A DNA stretch of 64,000 bases from Pirellulales bacterium (GCA_963733035.1 CAVTBU010000009.1:32001-96000), one strand, 5' to 3'. Counted from the first letter of the stretch, positions 9,763 to 21,797 are shown. Notes: a model not told the origin generated them from the sequence alone. Program-made: numbers and translations.

Positions 9763-12428
9763 CTAGGGAATATATAAGAACTCGTTGGTATTGAGGAGCA
9801 TCTGACACAAATGCGCCAGTGCCTGGTGCGATGCATCGGCCGGTGACATCGGCGTTTGTTGATATCGCCGCGACTGTCGCTCGAGTAGCTCACTTGCCCA
9901 ACTCCTCTCAGCATCGCTTGGCCCGCGCGCAGCGAGATCTCAAACGCGCGCGAAATCTGCGCGTCGCGGCCGGCCGCTTCCCGCGCGACTCTCGCGGCAA
10001 AGGCCTGGGATTGTTCGATCACAAAATCGTCGTTAAGCAGCGTTAGCGACTGCGAAACCACGGGCGACGCAGTGCGTCGCGTGCAATTGCTGGTTAACTC
10101 AGGCTGATCGAAAGCCTCCAAGAGCGACAGGTTGTAGCGGCGGCGTCCGAGCAGATAAAGACTGCGCCGATTCAAGAACTGTGGTGGATTTCCATCCTGT
10201 TTCACCACCACCGTTCCGTCGGGCTTGCCTTCGATCATCGTCGGTGGGCCTCCGACGGTGTCTTCCAGTTTGCCACTGACGCTCAAGATCGCATCGCGCA
10301 CGCCCTCGGACGCTATCTGGCGCAGCCGCATGCACCACAGCAGCTCGTTGCCCGGATCGACCAACTCAGGATCGGCAGTCGAGCCTTCGGTCGGATGGTC
10401 CTCGTGAACCTGGGAACTCGCTCGCGAGTCTTGCCGGTAGACGGATGAGGTCATGATCCGCTTGACGAGCGGCTTGACCCGCCAGCCGCTCGACTGAAAC
10501 TCGACCGCCAGCCAGTCGAGCAGATCAGGATGGGTGGGCAAAGACCCGGAATGGCCAAAGTTCTCGCTCGTAGCGACGATTCCTTGCCCAAATAGATATT
10601 GCCACACGCGATTCACATAAACCCTGGCGACCAGTCCGGCCGCCGCGCTGTCGCGCTCAACCAGCCAATGGGCAAACGCCAGACGGCGACCGCTGGAGTG
10701 AGCATTTGCGTTGCTATCGGCGATGCACTCCTGGGATGGAGACGAACACAGCACGCGCAGAAAACCCGCCGGAACTTCAGGCCCGGGTCGGTCGAGATTG
10801 CCGCGTCTCAGAAGGTAGATAGCCGGCGGCGGTCCGGTGTCGTACACGGCTTGGATCGTTCCCCAACTGCGCCGTTGTGCATTGAGTCTCGCGATTTCGG
10901 CAGCGAGCGTCTCGACGCTCGCCTTGTCCTGGGGCGACAGCGTCGCGCTCACCTGCTCGGGTGAAACCCTGAGCGCCGCACCGAACTTGTCGGCGAGGTA
11001 TTTTTGCACCTCGCTGCGCTTCTCGGCGGGTGTCTTGATGGCCGTGTCGGTATCGGCGCGGATCGGCGCGGGGATGCCGTTGAGCTTTTCCGCAAGCAGC
11101 CGATCCTCGTACGGCTTTCGCAAGACGGCGAGCTTCGTGTTGCGCTCGGCGACTTGCTTGTCGAGTTTGGAATTGTGCGCTTCGGCCTGGGCCTTTTCGG
11201 CTTTGGAAATATCCGGAAGTTCGCGCTGGGCAGGCTGCAGCCACAACTGCGGGTTGAAGGCGGGCGCGAAAATCGCCAGCATTCGGTAATAGTCTTCCTG
11301 TGGAATCGGATCAAACTTGTGGCTGTGGCAACGTGCGCAGTTGACGGTCAGACCCAACAGATTGCTGGTGACGACTTCCATCGTGTGCTCTAGCACCGCC
11401 TCTCGAATGTCGGCCGTGTTGAGCTCGTTCTGCAGGGTCTCGTCCGCGGCCGTCCGCAACATGCCGGTCGCGATGAGCAATTGCTTCATCCGCTCGGTCA
11501 GCACCTCTGCCGATTGCCACTCGACCAGTTCGTCGCCGGCCAACTGTTCGGTCAAAAACTGATCGAATGGCTTGTCTTCGTTAAAGGACCGAACCACGTA
11601 GTCGCGATACAGCCATTTGCCTGAGGAAACTTTGGTGATTGCGGCATCCGTATCGTCGCCAATCGTGTCAACGTATCCTGCCGCGTCGAGCCAATGGCGC
11701 CCCCAACGCTCGCCAAAGTGAGGCGACGCCGCCAGGCGATCGACCATCCGATCGTAGGCGTCCTCGCGCGGGTCGCTGAGAAATGCCTCCAATTGCTCAG
11801 GCGTCGGCGGCAGTCCGAGCAAATCGTAGGCGGCACGGCGAATCAGCGTAGTGCGCTCGGCTTCGGCGGAAAAGCAGAGCGAGCTGTCTTCCAGCCTGGC
11901 CAACACGAATGCGTCGACCGGTGATCGCACACGTGCCTCGTTCCGCACCTTGGGAATTGGCGGTCGCAGCGGCTTTTGAAAGGCCCAGAACTGGCGGTCG
12001 GCATCACTGACGGCCGGTGCATCGGAATCACTCACTTCGGCGTCGGCATTGAGTGCCGGAGCACCTGCATCGAGCCAGCGGCGGAATCGCTCGATCTTGT
12101 CGTCGGTCAGCGGTAATTCGTTTTCCGGGGGCATGGAGCGGTCGGCGATTCGCTCGTAGAGCATGCTCTTGGTTGAGGAACCTTTTTCGATCACCGCACC
12201 ATTGTCACCACCCCGCAGCATCATGCCGACGGTGCGCAAGTCGAGGCCTGCTTTGCGAGATTCCAGGCCATGGCATTTGAAACAATGTGCCGTGAGAAGC
12301 GGCAGGATGTCGTTCTCGAAGACGATCGCCGGCTCATCGGCCGGCGCCGGATTTGCGCCTGCAAGCGACAAGCCGAGCAGCATGAACAGCACTCTCCTTC
12401 GAATGCCTTTCAGCCGCTTTTGCATCAT
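9763..12428 (-). CDS. PSD1/PSCyt (DUF1549+DUF1553) planctomycete cytochrome c protein, frameshift near 9925
   Basis: CFKCH and CARCH heme motifs, FGERWGRHWLD, ARVYVNRVW, THPDLLDWLA. The family C-terminus LLNTNEFLYIP* (stop at 9763) lies in another frame. Confidence 0.92.
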
Positions 12429-12499
12429 TCACCTCAACCGGCGATCGGTCGGCAGGCCCGTGGATCGCCATTCTGCCGTCTGAAGTTCGCGCACATGTC

Positions 12500-13185
12500 C
12501 TATCGTTCCTTGCCCTGTTCGCAGCGATCGTAGTGATCTGCGACGTGGCGGTGGGTGTTTTCCAATTGTCGCGTCAGCACTTTGACAGCCAGCTTTTCGT
12601 CTCGAGCCCGCATCGCTTTGAGCACGCGGCGGTGGGCCATTGCGGTGTGGCGAGAGTACCTCGCGTCGTCGTGGTCCATCTGCAACAGCAAAAGTCGAAT
12701 CTGACCTCGCAGCGCCAGCCAACTTTCGAGCAATCGCCGGCTACCCGCGGAACGTACCAACAATTCGTGAAATCTCAAGTCCAGCTCTCCGGCTTCGCCC
12801 GCCGCGGTAGCTCGTTCGGTGCGGCGAATGTTTTCGCCCAACATTGCCAACTGTTCGTCCGTGGCATTGCGAATGGCCCGGCTCACCGCCAGCCGCTCGA
12901 GGGCCAGCCGCAATTCACTGATTTCATCCACGTCAGCGCGGGTCAACTGCGTGACCGCGGCTCCGCGCTGGTCGCGATGGACCAATCCTTCCTGAAGCAG
13001 CACGGCCAACGCGTCGCGCACGGGCGCCCGGCTGACCCCCAATTTGCTGGCAAATCGAGCTTCGGGAATGCGCTGGCCGGGCGCAGCGTACGACCAAAAA
13101 TCGCGGAGCGCAGCGATTCGGCCACGCTGTCGGTGAGGGTCAACTTGGTCGCGGGCTTCAAATCCGGGGTGTCGATTCCTGCCAT
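12500..13185 (-). CDS. GntR/FadR-family transcriptional regulator, frameshift near 13080
   Basis: Joined frames give LTDSVAESLRSAIF..PGQRIPEARFASKLGVSRAPVRDAL (HTH) and an FCD domain, ELRLALERLA..DLRFHELL..H. Confidence 0.9.
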
Positions 13186-13222
13186 CGTGTTCCCTGCGGA
13201 CATTTTCATCTCACGTGCGATT

Positions 13223-13239
13223 CGGTCGACGGTCGACCG
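13223..13239. promoter_or_regulatory. Palindromic operator candidate CGGTCGAC-G-GTCGACCG upstream of gntR
   Basis: 17-bp palindrome with one central base; the 13-bp core is repeated at 17357-17369. Confidence 0.6.
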
Positions 13240-13309
13240 TCCGTCGATCGTATCCGAACGACCGTCCCACTGTCAAATTTCCGAGGCGAAGGCGCGGATG
13301 CATTGCCGG

Positions 13310-14141
13310 CTACTCCTGTGGCCAATACAGTCGCCACGCGTTTGCGCCCATGACCAATTCCCGTTCTGCGGCGCTCAGTTCAGCGAGCGCGTGATCCACG
13401 ATCCGCATGCTGCGCATAACCGCTGGCCAGCAGCACATGCGGGAAGTCACTGCCCCAGATCAATCGCTCGGCTCCGAAATGTTCATGTGCGGCATGAATT
13501 AGCCGGCGACAGTCCGCATACGGAAATCGTTCGGCAGAAGAGTGATGAAAGCCGCTCAGCTTTACATAGACGTGCGCGTGCCGTGCCAAATCAAGTAGCG
13601 GCCGAAAGTCGCTCACCGCGGTTTCGCTCGGGATGTTGGGATGCCCCAGGTGATCGACGACGATCGGCACCTCGGCGAATCGTTCGGCCAAGCGACCGAT
13701 CGCCGGCACATGCTCCATATCGGCCAACAGACTGATCACCACGCACAATTGCTGCGCCGCATCCCACAGCGGATACGTTGACGGGTCGCCGAATTCGGCG
13801 GACTCCGCCGCGATGCGCGGCCGCAGTCGCAGTCCACGGCAACCCCGGCTCACCCAGTGCACGAGCCGGCTATCTGCCCCCGGAAGTCGTGGATCGACAA
13901 CACAAACGGCCGCGAACTTGTTCGGTTCGGCACGTGCGCAGTCAGCGATGTAGTGGTTGTCCTCGCCGCGAAAGACCGGCTGCACCAAGACAGCCCGATC
14001 GACGCCATGTTCGGCCATCGTTTCGTGCGCCAGCTCGATCGGGACCTCGGTCTGCGGTGGAACGATGGTGTGCACCAGCGGCGTATCTCGCTCGGCGGTG
14101 CGCCAGACGTGCAGGTGGGCATCGACGATCGTCATTGGCAT
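13310..14141 (-). CDS. Amidohydrolase_2-family protein (possible sugar lactonase), frameshift near 13415
   Basis: IVDAHLHVW, GVDRAVLVQP, VVDHLG, YVKLSG, RLIWGSDFP. The expected C-terminus ERELVMGANAWRLY..* (stop at 13310) lies in another frame. Confidence 0.9.
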
Positions 14142-14144
14142 ACC

Positions 14145-16136
14145 CTACACTGTCAGAAACACAATCAGGCTGATGCCGATGAAAAAAACGCCACATGCCA
14201 ACGTCCCCAGTTGCATCACAATCGGCGACTGCAACTGGCGGGGCAGGAGGCTTCGATTCACGTACACCGCGTGCAGCGCCGACCAACCCAGCGCGATGTT
14301 CATTAGCACAGCGGCGATCTTTGCGATTTGCAACGGATCAAACAGCGTCAAGGCGATCAGTCCCCATATCCCGTACAGCGCGAGAATGCTGTAGTACACC
14401 CAGTGCACCCGGTCTCCAGACATCCGCTGAACGCGCCGGTTGGACGTCCAGATAATGTCGGTCCAACGGCGGGCAATCTGGTCGCCAGAGAGAATCTGCC
14501 CGGGTGCGAGTACCAGGAAACCGCAAAGCAACGTAACGGCCCACAGAAGCTGTCCGTACTGCGGATAGCGGTCGGCCATCCCTTCAGCGGTCATGGCCGC
14601 CACGCGGTCGCCGGAAACCGGCGCATGCCGAATGAACTCCAGCGACAGCATGCATGGCAGCGCCATGCCGATGAACGAGCAGATCATCCACACCGCGAGC
14701 TGATCGCGGCGGATGTGGCGCATCCATCCTTTCCAGCGAGGGCGATTGGTTTGGTCCAAGGGAAACACTTCGCCGACGTGCGAGAGCTGAATTTGCCGGG
14801 CACCGACCGCGCTGGGGATCGTGCCGACGCGGGCTCCCATGCCCCAGCCGGCGTCGCGGACAAAGTTGGAAAACAGCGTATTGGTCAGACCGCCAGCTCC
14901 GGCAATCGCGGCAAACGAAGCCAGCATCGCCCAGTCCAACGGTGGCAATGCCCGGTGCCGTCGAAAATAGCCGGCCAGCCCGACCAGCCTCAGCCCCTGG
15001 TGCTCCAAGTACTGTTGGAATCGAGCACGGAACGGTTCGGGCACCTTGTCCAGACGCTCGAAATCCTGCGATTCGCCGTCGGGCGACGTGATGGTGAACT
15101 GCTCGGGATGCCAAGCGCGAGCGGCATCGATCCGTCCGACTACCGATATCTGCCGATTATCTTGCGTGTCCTCGATGGTAAAGCGATTCGGCTGGGCCAG
15201 TGCGACGGCCTCGTGGGTGAGGTCGTTGAATTCGTTTTTCAGGCTGCCGGGCAGATCGTCGAGCGCGTCGAATTGCTCAACACGTCCGCTGCTTTTGGTG
15301 TCACGGTCAACAACGTAGGTGGTTACCAGCGGCACATCGTGTTCAATGGTCCCCTTGATCGTCAACTGCAACGGCCCGTCGTGCCGCGTCAGTGTGAAGT
15401 GGCGTCCGACGATGATCGTTTCTGCTCGCAACGGCACGGTGCCGATGCGAAAGAAGCCACTGACGACTTCCCAGGCGTTCGACGCCGAGACAGTGAACAC
15501 GGTGAAGAATACGAGGAAGCCGAGCACCAGCACAAGCTTGAGAGCCATCACCCGCTCGAGCATCTTGTAGATCGTTCCGCCGAAGATCAAAGGCACGAAC
15601 GCCGCCAGGAAAATCACGTAGCCGAGAATCTTGACGAGTTGCCACTCCGGCAGGGTTAATCCCGCGATGGAAACCGCACCGGGGCCGGGCAGGTGTCCGA
15701 GCATTGCGGCGGCCAGCGGCACCGCGGCGTTCGAAGCGTTGAACGGCCAAATGGCCGCCAGGTCGAGCACGGCATACCACACAATCCAGAAGCGTGGACC
15801 GGGCCAGGTTCTCAGATAGCCGACAATGATCGACTCGCCACAATACGCGGCGTAGCGCATCATCTCCAGGTTGCAAAACACCTGGGCGATGATGCTCAGC
15901 CCTGCCAGCCATAACAGGCTTCCGCCATATTGTGCACTGACCGCCGGACCAAAGAGCCATTCGCCAGAGCCAACCGAAGCCCCGGCCAATAGGACGCCTG
16001 GACCGACCAGCCGCGCCCAGGTTCTCCAGCCGTGGGCTGGAGCGGGAGGAAGATTGCCGATCGTCCACTCCGGCAACAGCCCTGCTGAGACGCGCTGCTC
16101 AGGTGATGACGACGACTTTGATAACTCACTGGCCAT
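14145..16136 (-). CDS. Nramp-like (APC fold) membrane transporter with a soluble insertion
   Basis: VGPGVLLAGASVGSGEWLFGP..YGGSLLW..NLEMMRYAAYCGE; many TM helices; hydrophilic insert at about 14990-15410. Confidence 0.82.
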   Translation of the reverse strand: MASELSKSSSSPEQRVSAGLLPEWTIGNLPPAPAHGWRTWARLVGPGVLLAGASVGSGEWLFGPAVSAQYGGSLLWLAGLSIIAQVFCNLEMMRYAAYCGESIIVGYLRTWPGPRFWIVWYAVLDLAAIWPFNASNAAVPLAAAMLGHLPGPGAVSIAGLTLPEWQLVKILGYVIFLAAFVPLIFGGTIYKMLERVMALKLVLVLGFLVFFTVFTVSASNAWEVVSGFFRIGTVPLRAETIIVGRHFTLTRHDGPLQLTIKGTIEHDVPLVTTYVVDRDTKSSGRVEQFDALDDLPGSLKNEFNDLTHEAVALAQPNRFTIEDTQDNRQISVVGRIDAARAWHPEQFTITSPDGESQDFERLDKVPEPFRARFQQYLEHQGLRLVGLAGYFRRHRALPPLDWAMLASFAAIAGAGGLTNTLFSNFVRDAGWGMGARVGTIPSAVGARQIQLSHVGEVFPLDQTNRPRWKGWMRHIRRDQLAVWMICSFIGMALPCMLSLEFIRHAPVSGDRVAAMTAEGMADRYPQYGQLLWAVTLLCGFLVLAPGQILSGDQIARRWTDIIWTSNRRVQRMSGDRVHWVYYSILALYGIWGLIALTLFDPLQIAKIAAVLMNIALGWSALHAVYVNRSLLPRQLQSPIVMQLGTLACGVFFIGISLIVFLTV

Positions 16137-16197
16137 GCCGACCCGCCTGGTATCGACCTCACGATGACGCCACAAACCGGTTGGCGAGCGCCAGACG

Positions 16198-17310
16198 TTA
16201 CACCACCACCGTGCCGACAGCTTTGTTCAGTGCGGGCATCAGCTCACGGGCAAACAGTCGCATGCTGTTCAACCAACTCTGTTTGTCGTCCCAGTCGTAA
16301 CTCATCAGCACGAGCGTACCGAACGTGCCCGTCTCTTCGATCAAACGCAACAGACGCGCCAAGACCTCGTCGACGTCGCCGGCGATGATCTGTTCTTGCA
16401 TCAGATAGTCCAGGTTGCAGTCAGCGTCGCTCATAGCCGGATCGCGCTTGTAGATCTTGCGACCCAGTCCCTTGTCGAACAGTCGACCGATGTACTCGTA
16501 GTTGTTCCCGAGCGAATTCTTGCGGGCTCGATCCACGGCTTCCTTGGTGGTGTCGGCCAGAAAGATGGAACGAGCGACGCGCCAAGTCGATCGCTTTGGC
16601 GTGCGGTCGGCTTGCAGCGCGGCGACCTCGTAGGTGGTCCAGGTGTCGGCCACCACATTGCCGGGAACCAGGCAATGCGAAAACGGGTGGTGTCCGCGCC
16701 GCGCCGCGGTTTTCATACTGGGCGAGTTGCGGCTCATCCCGGGCACGCAAATGGGCGGCAGCGGCTTCTGCAGCGGCTTGGGAATAAAGCCAATGCCGGT
16801 CTCTTGATCGACCGTCTTTTGCAGATTGATTTGCCAATACTTGCCGGCGATTTCGTAGGGTGGGTCGTGTGTCCACAAATACAGGATCATTTCGATGGCT
16901 TCATCGACCATCTCGGCCGCGTTCTTCGGCTCACAGCCGTACAGCTCTTGGTCGGCCGTCACGCTGCCGGCGCCGAAGCAAAGGTTCAGCCGACCTTTGG
17001 AAAGGTGGTCGAGCATGGCCAAACGACAGGCCACGTGTGCCGGATGATGCTGCTGCACACAAACCGGCGCCGCACCCATTCGAATATGGCTGGTTTCGCC
17101 CAACGCTCTCGCGATGAAGATCTCGGGCATCACGATGTTCTCATACTTCATCGTGTGGTGCTCGCCGATCCAGAATTCGCTGAAGCCGAGCTGCTCGGCC
17201 TCGACGATGAGCTCCAGATCCTCGTCGTAGCATTGGGCGACGGGCTTTTCGGGCGGATGGAACGGCATGATGAACATGCCGTAACGGATCGGCAGCGCGT
17301 CGGAATTCAT
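16198..17310 (-). CDS. LLM-class (luciferase-like) flavin-dependent monooxygenase
   Basis: YGMFIMPFHPP, AEQLGFSEFWIGEHH, LAMLDHLSKGRL, PKPLQKP, SMRLFARELMP. Confidence 0.93.
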   Translation of the reverse strand: MNSDALPIRYGMFIMPFHPPEKPVAQCYDEDLELIVEAEQLGFSEFWIGEHHTMKYENIVMPEIFIARALGETSHIRMGAAPVCVQQHHPAHVACRLAMLDHLSKGRLNLCFGAGSVTADQELYGCEPKNAAEMVDEAIEMILYLWTHDPPYEIAGKYWQINLQKTVDQETGIGFIPKPLQKPLPPICVPGMSRNSPSMKTAARRGHHPFSHCLVPGNVVADTWTTYEVAALQADRTPKRSTWRVARSIFLADTTKEAVDRARKNSLGNNYEYIGRLFDKGLGRKIYKRDPAMSDADCNLDYLMQEQIIAGDVDEVLARLLRLIEETGTFGTLVLMSYDWDDKQSWLNSMRLFARELMPALNKAVGTVVV

Positions 17311-17356
17311 ACGCGTCCTCTCAAAGGTGTTTCGAATCCGCTTCGCGTTCATTCCA

Positions 17357-17369
17357 GTCGACGGTCGAC
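17357..17369. promoter_or_regulatory. Operator candidate GTCGAC-G-GTCGAC in the divergent intergenic region upstream of the LLM operon
   Basis: Exact copy of the 13-bp core found upstream of gntR. Confidence 0.55.
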
Positions 17370-17669
17370 CAACGACGAAACCTAATGGACCCAGCTTACG
17401 ATGTCAATCATGCGGGTGGCCCGTGCCATCGCCCAAGTTCTCCGAAAAGTGGTCGTCCCGGTATTGGCGGCCAATGTCGCAGACGCTTGTCACTTCTCCC
17501 TTGATTCCGAATGAGAAACCGAGCATCCCTTATTCGCGTGCGGGACCGATGAAACCTTGGTCAAGGGTTTGCGTTAACGCGAAAGAGCAGTCAATATAGA
17601 GTGCATTGCCTCGGCAACGGCGCCGTTTCAGCAAGACTGAAAAGAAGGAAACGATCACTCACAGATCTT

Positions 17670-20190
17670 ATGCTTTTTTGTCGCTCTCAAAATGCCGTGG
17701 CGATCTTGGCACTGCTGGGTTGTGCGGCCGCTGTTCACGGCGCCGATAACAGGCCGGCCGATGCACCGGAATCAGTCGCTTTCTTCGAAAGCAAAGTCAA
17801 GCCCCTCTTGGCCGCGCATTGTTTCAAATGTCACGGCGGCAACGGCAAGGCCAAGGGTGGGCTGTTTTTGACAAGTCGCCTGGGGATCCTTAATGGGGGC
17901 GACACGGGTCCGGCGGTCTCGCTGGAGTCACCCCGCGATAGTCTTCTACTAGACGCCGTCAACTATGCTGGCTACGAAATGCCACCCTCTGGCAAACTGG
18001 AGGCCGACCAGATCGCGATGCTGACAAGATGGATCGAATTGGGGCTTCCGTGGAGTCCCGACGGCAACATCAAACCGCAGCCGGCTGAGCGTGAAGGACC
18101 GCCACCGGTCAATGACGATGCAAGAGCCTTCTGGTCGTTTCGGCCGGTCACACGCCCGACACCTCCCGACATCATGGATGGCACCTGGGTGCGGACCCCA
18201 ATCGATGCCTTCGTTTTGTCAAAGCTGAACCAAGCCGGGCTAAAGCCCGCGCCGCACGCAGAAAAGACCGTCCTGCTGCGGCGGGCATACTATGATCTCA
18301 TCGGACTCCCTCCCTCGCCGGCGGAGGTCGCGGCCTTTCTGGCCGACACCTCGCCGGGAGCATTCGAACGCGTCATCGACGTGCTGCTCGAATCGCCCCA
18401 CTATGGCGAACGATGGGGGCGTCATTGGCTCGATCTGGTGCGATATGCGGAAACCAACAGCTACGAACGGGACGGGCCGAAGCCGTTCGTGTGGCGCTAT
18501 CGAGACTACGTGATCCGTTCATTCAATAGCGACAAGCCCTACGATCGGTTCGTTACCGAACAACTGGCCGGTGACGAACTTGAACAGGTCACGCCCGATT
18601 CGATCATTGCAACAGGATATTATCGACTAGGCATATGGCAGGATGAGCCGGTTGACCCGGAACAGGAACTGTTTGAGGACTTAGATGACTTGGTGCGAAC
18701 GACCGGTGAGGTTTTTCTTGGCCTGACGATAGGCTTCGCCCGATGTCACGATCACAAGCTTGACCCGCTGCCGCAAACCGATTACTACCGCATGCTGGCG
18801 TTCTTCCGCAATGTCCGCCGGCTGGGGGTGCGTTCGCGTGAAAGCATCGAAGATGCGTCGGTCTGCACGCTGGGAAGTGAAGAAGAAGCCCGCCGCAATA
18901 TGGAACGGATTGCGTGGCATGAGCGGGAATCCAAGGAAGTTCGCGACGCGTTGGAAACGCTCGAACGGCGAATCGTCGCCAGTCTGATGGGCGTTGACGT
19001 CGATGATTGGAAGACCGAAGCATTGCGAGTCGAGATCGCCCGGCGCCACGTCGGCAAATCCGTCTCCCAGGACGAATTCGAACGTTATGTTGAGTTGGCG
19101 GCTAGACGTGACGAGTTGCGAAAGTTTCGCCCGCCGGGAATCGAACAGGCGCTATGTGTCAAGGAACACGGCCGCCAGTGTCCGCCGACCCATGTTCTAG
19201 TTCGTGGAAATGCGCATGTCACCGGAGAAGAGGTCGAACCGGGATTCCCGACGGTCCTTTCGCCCCCGAAGCCCCTGATTGCGCCCCTGGCTGAGTCGGT
19301 TCAGTCGACAGGCCGCAGACGGGCGCTGGCGCGCTGGATTACCGACCCGTCGAATCCACTGGCGGCTCGGGTGATCGCAAACCGCATTTGGCAGTATCAC
19401 TTTGGACGCGGGATCGTACGCTCGACGAGCGATTTCGGTTTTCAAGGCGACGCACCGACGCATCCTGAACTTCTCGACTGGCTGGCCTCTGAGCTCGTGG
19501 CAGGCGGCTGGCGGCTAAAGCGGCTGCACAAGCTGATCATGCTTTCCAACGCCTATCAAATGTCATCCCAGGCGAATGAACAGTCATTGGCCGCGGATCC
19601 GCTCAACAACCTGCTTTGGCGGTTCGACATGCGGCGGCTTTCGGCGGAAGAGATTCGCGACTCGATCCTGGCGGTCAATGATAGCTTGAATCGGACCGCG
19701 ATGTTCGGCCCAAGCGTCTATGTTAAGATCCCGGACGAAGTGCTGGCCGGTCAATCGATGCCCGGAGCCGGCTGGGGTGACTCGTCGTCTGCGGACAGGC
19801 GCGACGCAGCATTTACATTCATGTCAAGCGATCGCTGGTCGTGCCTATGATTGCCAGCTTTGACGGCGCGGATACCGACGCCAGTTGTCCCGCGCGGTTT
19901 GTCACAACCCAACCGACTCAGGCTCTTGGCATGCTAAATAGCGAGTTCGTCAACGAACAGTCGGCTCGGTTTGCTAGATATCTTCGCGACACCACGGGGG
20001 ACGACTTGGAGGCACAAGTCACGCTGGCGTTGCGTCGGACGCTCCAGCGTGAACCAGCGCGCAAGAAATTGACCGCGGTCTGGATTTCATCGCATCGCTA
20101 CAAATGAAATATGGCCTGTCGCCGGAGTTGGCCCTCAAGCAGTTTTGTGTCGCCGCGTATAACCTGAACGAATTCATGTATTTGGACTGA
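17670..20190 (+). CDS. PSD1/PSCyt (DUF1549+DUF1553) protein, frameshifts near 19800 and 20060
   Basis: CFKCH, YGERWGRHWLD, ARVIANRIW, THPELLDWLA. Continues as RRSIYIHVKRS..FDGADTD..TQPTQAL and ends NLNEFMYLD* in shifted frames. Confidence 0.92.
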
Positions 20191-20194
20191 GAAA

Positions 20195-21679
20195 GTGAGC
20201 GTGACGATGCGCAACCACCATTCTCGCCGCAATTTCTGTCAACGCACGCGGCGCGAATTCCTTTGGCAGACCGGTGCCGGTTTCACCGGTACGGCGCTAG
20301 CGGCGCTGTTGGGCGACGACGGGTTCCTGACCAGACAGTCGGTGGCCGCCGACGGCACCTCAGCGTGGACCAATCCGCTGGCTGCCCGCGAACCCCAGGT
20401 GTCGGCGAAGGCCAAAAGCGTGATCTTTCTGTATATGTACGGAGGGCCGAGCCACATCGACACGTTCGACTATAAGCCAGCCATGAAAGGCATGGACAAT
20501 AAGACAGTCGAAGTGAAAACATTCGGCCGCGGTGGACACAAGAATCAGGGGCGTATCGTCGAGACTCGTTGGGAATTTGCCCAGCACGGTCAGTGCGGCA
20601 AGTGGGTTTCGACATTATTCCCCCACTTGGCCACCTGCGTCGACGACATTGCCTTCATTCACTCGATGACTGCCGACTCGCCCATCCACGGCTCGGCGAT
20701 GTTGATGATGAATTCAGGCAAGATCCTTAGCGGCAGCCCGTGTCTCGGCTCATGGGTCAACTACGGACTGGGCACGCCGAACGAGAATCTGCCCGGGTTT
20801 GTCGTCATGCTCGATCCGCGGGGCGGGCCGATCAGCGGGGCCAAGAATTGGAGTAGCGGTTACATGCCCGCTACCTACCAAGCGACGGTCATGCGATCTC
20901 AAGGAGTGCCAATTTTGGACTTGAATTCCCCGCCGGGGGTTAGCCGCTCGATACAGCGGGAAACGCTCGACACGATCCGCAATTACAATGAAGAGCACCG
21001 ACAGGCCCGAACCGACAACTCCGATTTGGCCGCCCGCATTGCCAGCTACGAACTGGCATTCAAAATGCAAGCCGCCGCGCCCGAAGCGGTCGACCTGGGC
21101 CAGGAGGACGCAAGAACGCTTGCACTCTATGGAGTGGATGAAAAGAAAACGGAGGTTTTTGGCCGACAGTGCCTGCTGGCGCGGCGACTGGTCGAACGCG
21201 GCGTCCGATTCGTACAGTTGTACTCGGGCGGAAATCACAACGACGCCAATTGGGACGCCCATGGCGATTTACAAGCGAATCATGACCTGCACGCTGGTGA
21301 AACCGATAAGCCGATCGCTGGCTTGCTCAAAGACTTGAAGCAACGTGGGATGTTAGACGAAACGCTGATCGTGTGGGGCGGCGAGTTCGGCCGACAGCCT
21401 ACAGCCGAATATGAAAAAGGGACCGGACGCGACCACAATGCCTACGGTTTTACAATGTGGATGGCCGGGGGCGGCATCAAGGGGGGCGTCAGCTTTGGAA
21501 GTACCGATGAGCTGGGCAGTGCCGCCATCGAAAACCGGTTGCACGTAAAACAACTACATGCCACGGTCTTGAAGCAACTTGGGCTTGATCCGAATCGCCT
21601 GACGTACTTCTACAACGGGCTTGATCAAAAACTCGTAGGCGTCGAAGGGGCCGAGCCGATCACCGAGATCTCAGCGTAG
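20195..21679 (+). CDS. DUF1501-domain protein (Tat signal)
   Basis: [59 protein letters not shown]. Confidence 0.94.
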   Translation: MSVTMRNHHSRRNFCQRTRREFLWQTGAGFTGTALAALLGDDGFLTRQSVAADGTSAWTNPLAAREPQVSAKAKSVIFLYMYGGPSHIDTFDYKPAMKGMDNKTVEVKTFGRGGHKNQGRIVETRWEFAQHGQCGKWVSTLFPHLATCVDDIAFIHSMTADSPIHGSAMLMMNSGKILSGSPCLGSWVNYGLGTPNENLPGFVVMLDPRGGPISGAKNWSSGYMPATYQATVMRSQGVPILDLNSPPGVSRSIQRETLDTIRNYNEEHRQARTDNSDLAARIASYELAFKMQAAAPEAVDLGQEDARTLALYGVDEKKTEVFGRQCLLARRLVERGVRFVQLYSGGNHNDANWDAHGDLQANHDLHAGETDKPIAGLLKDLKQRGMLDETLIVWGGEFGRQPTAEYEKGTGRDHNAYGFTMWMAGGGIKGGVSFGSTDELGSAAIENRLHVKQLHATVLKQLGLDPNRLTYFYNGLDQKLVGVEGAEPITEISA

Positions 21680-21797
21680 ACAAAGTTGTTTAATCGTGTG
21701 CGGTTCCAACGGTGAAACGCCATCCGACGTATGCGTTGATCGCCATGGCTGCAGTCTTTCCGTCCTCGATGGAATCGTCGATGAGCTGTAGCACCGC

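Noticed and set aside
9429..9925. Apparent C-terminal extension of PSD1 overlapping DUF1501 by over 300 nt
   Set aside because: Produced by the frameshift near 9925; the family terminus NEFLYIP* is at 9763.
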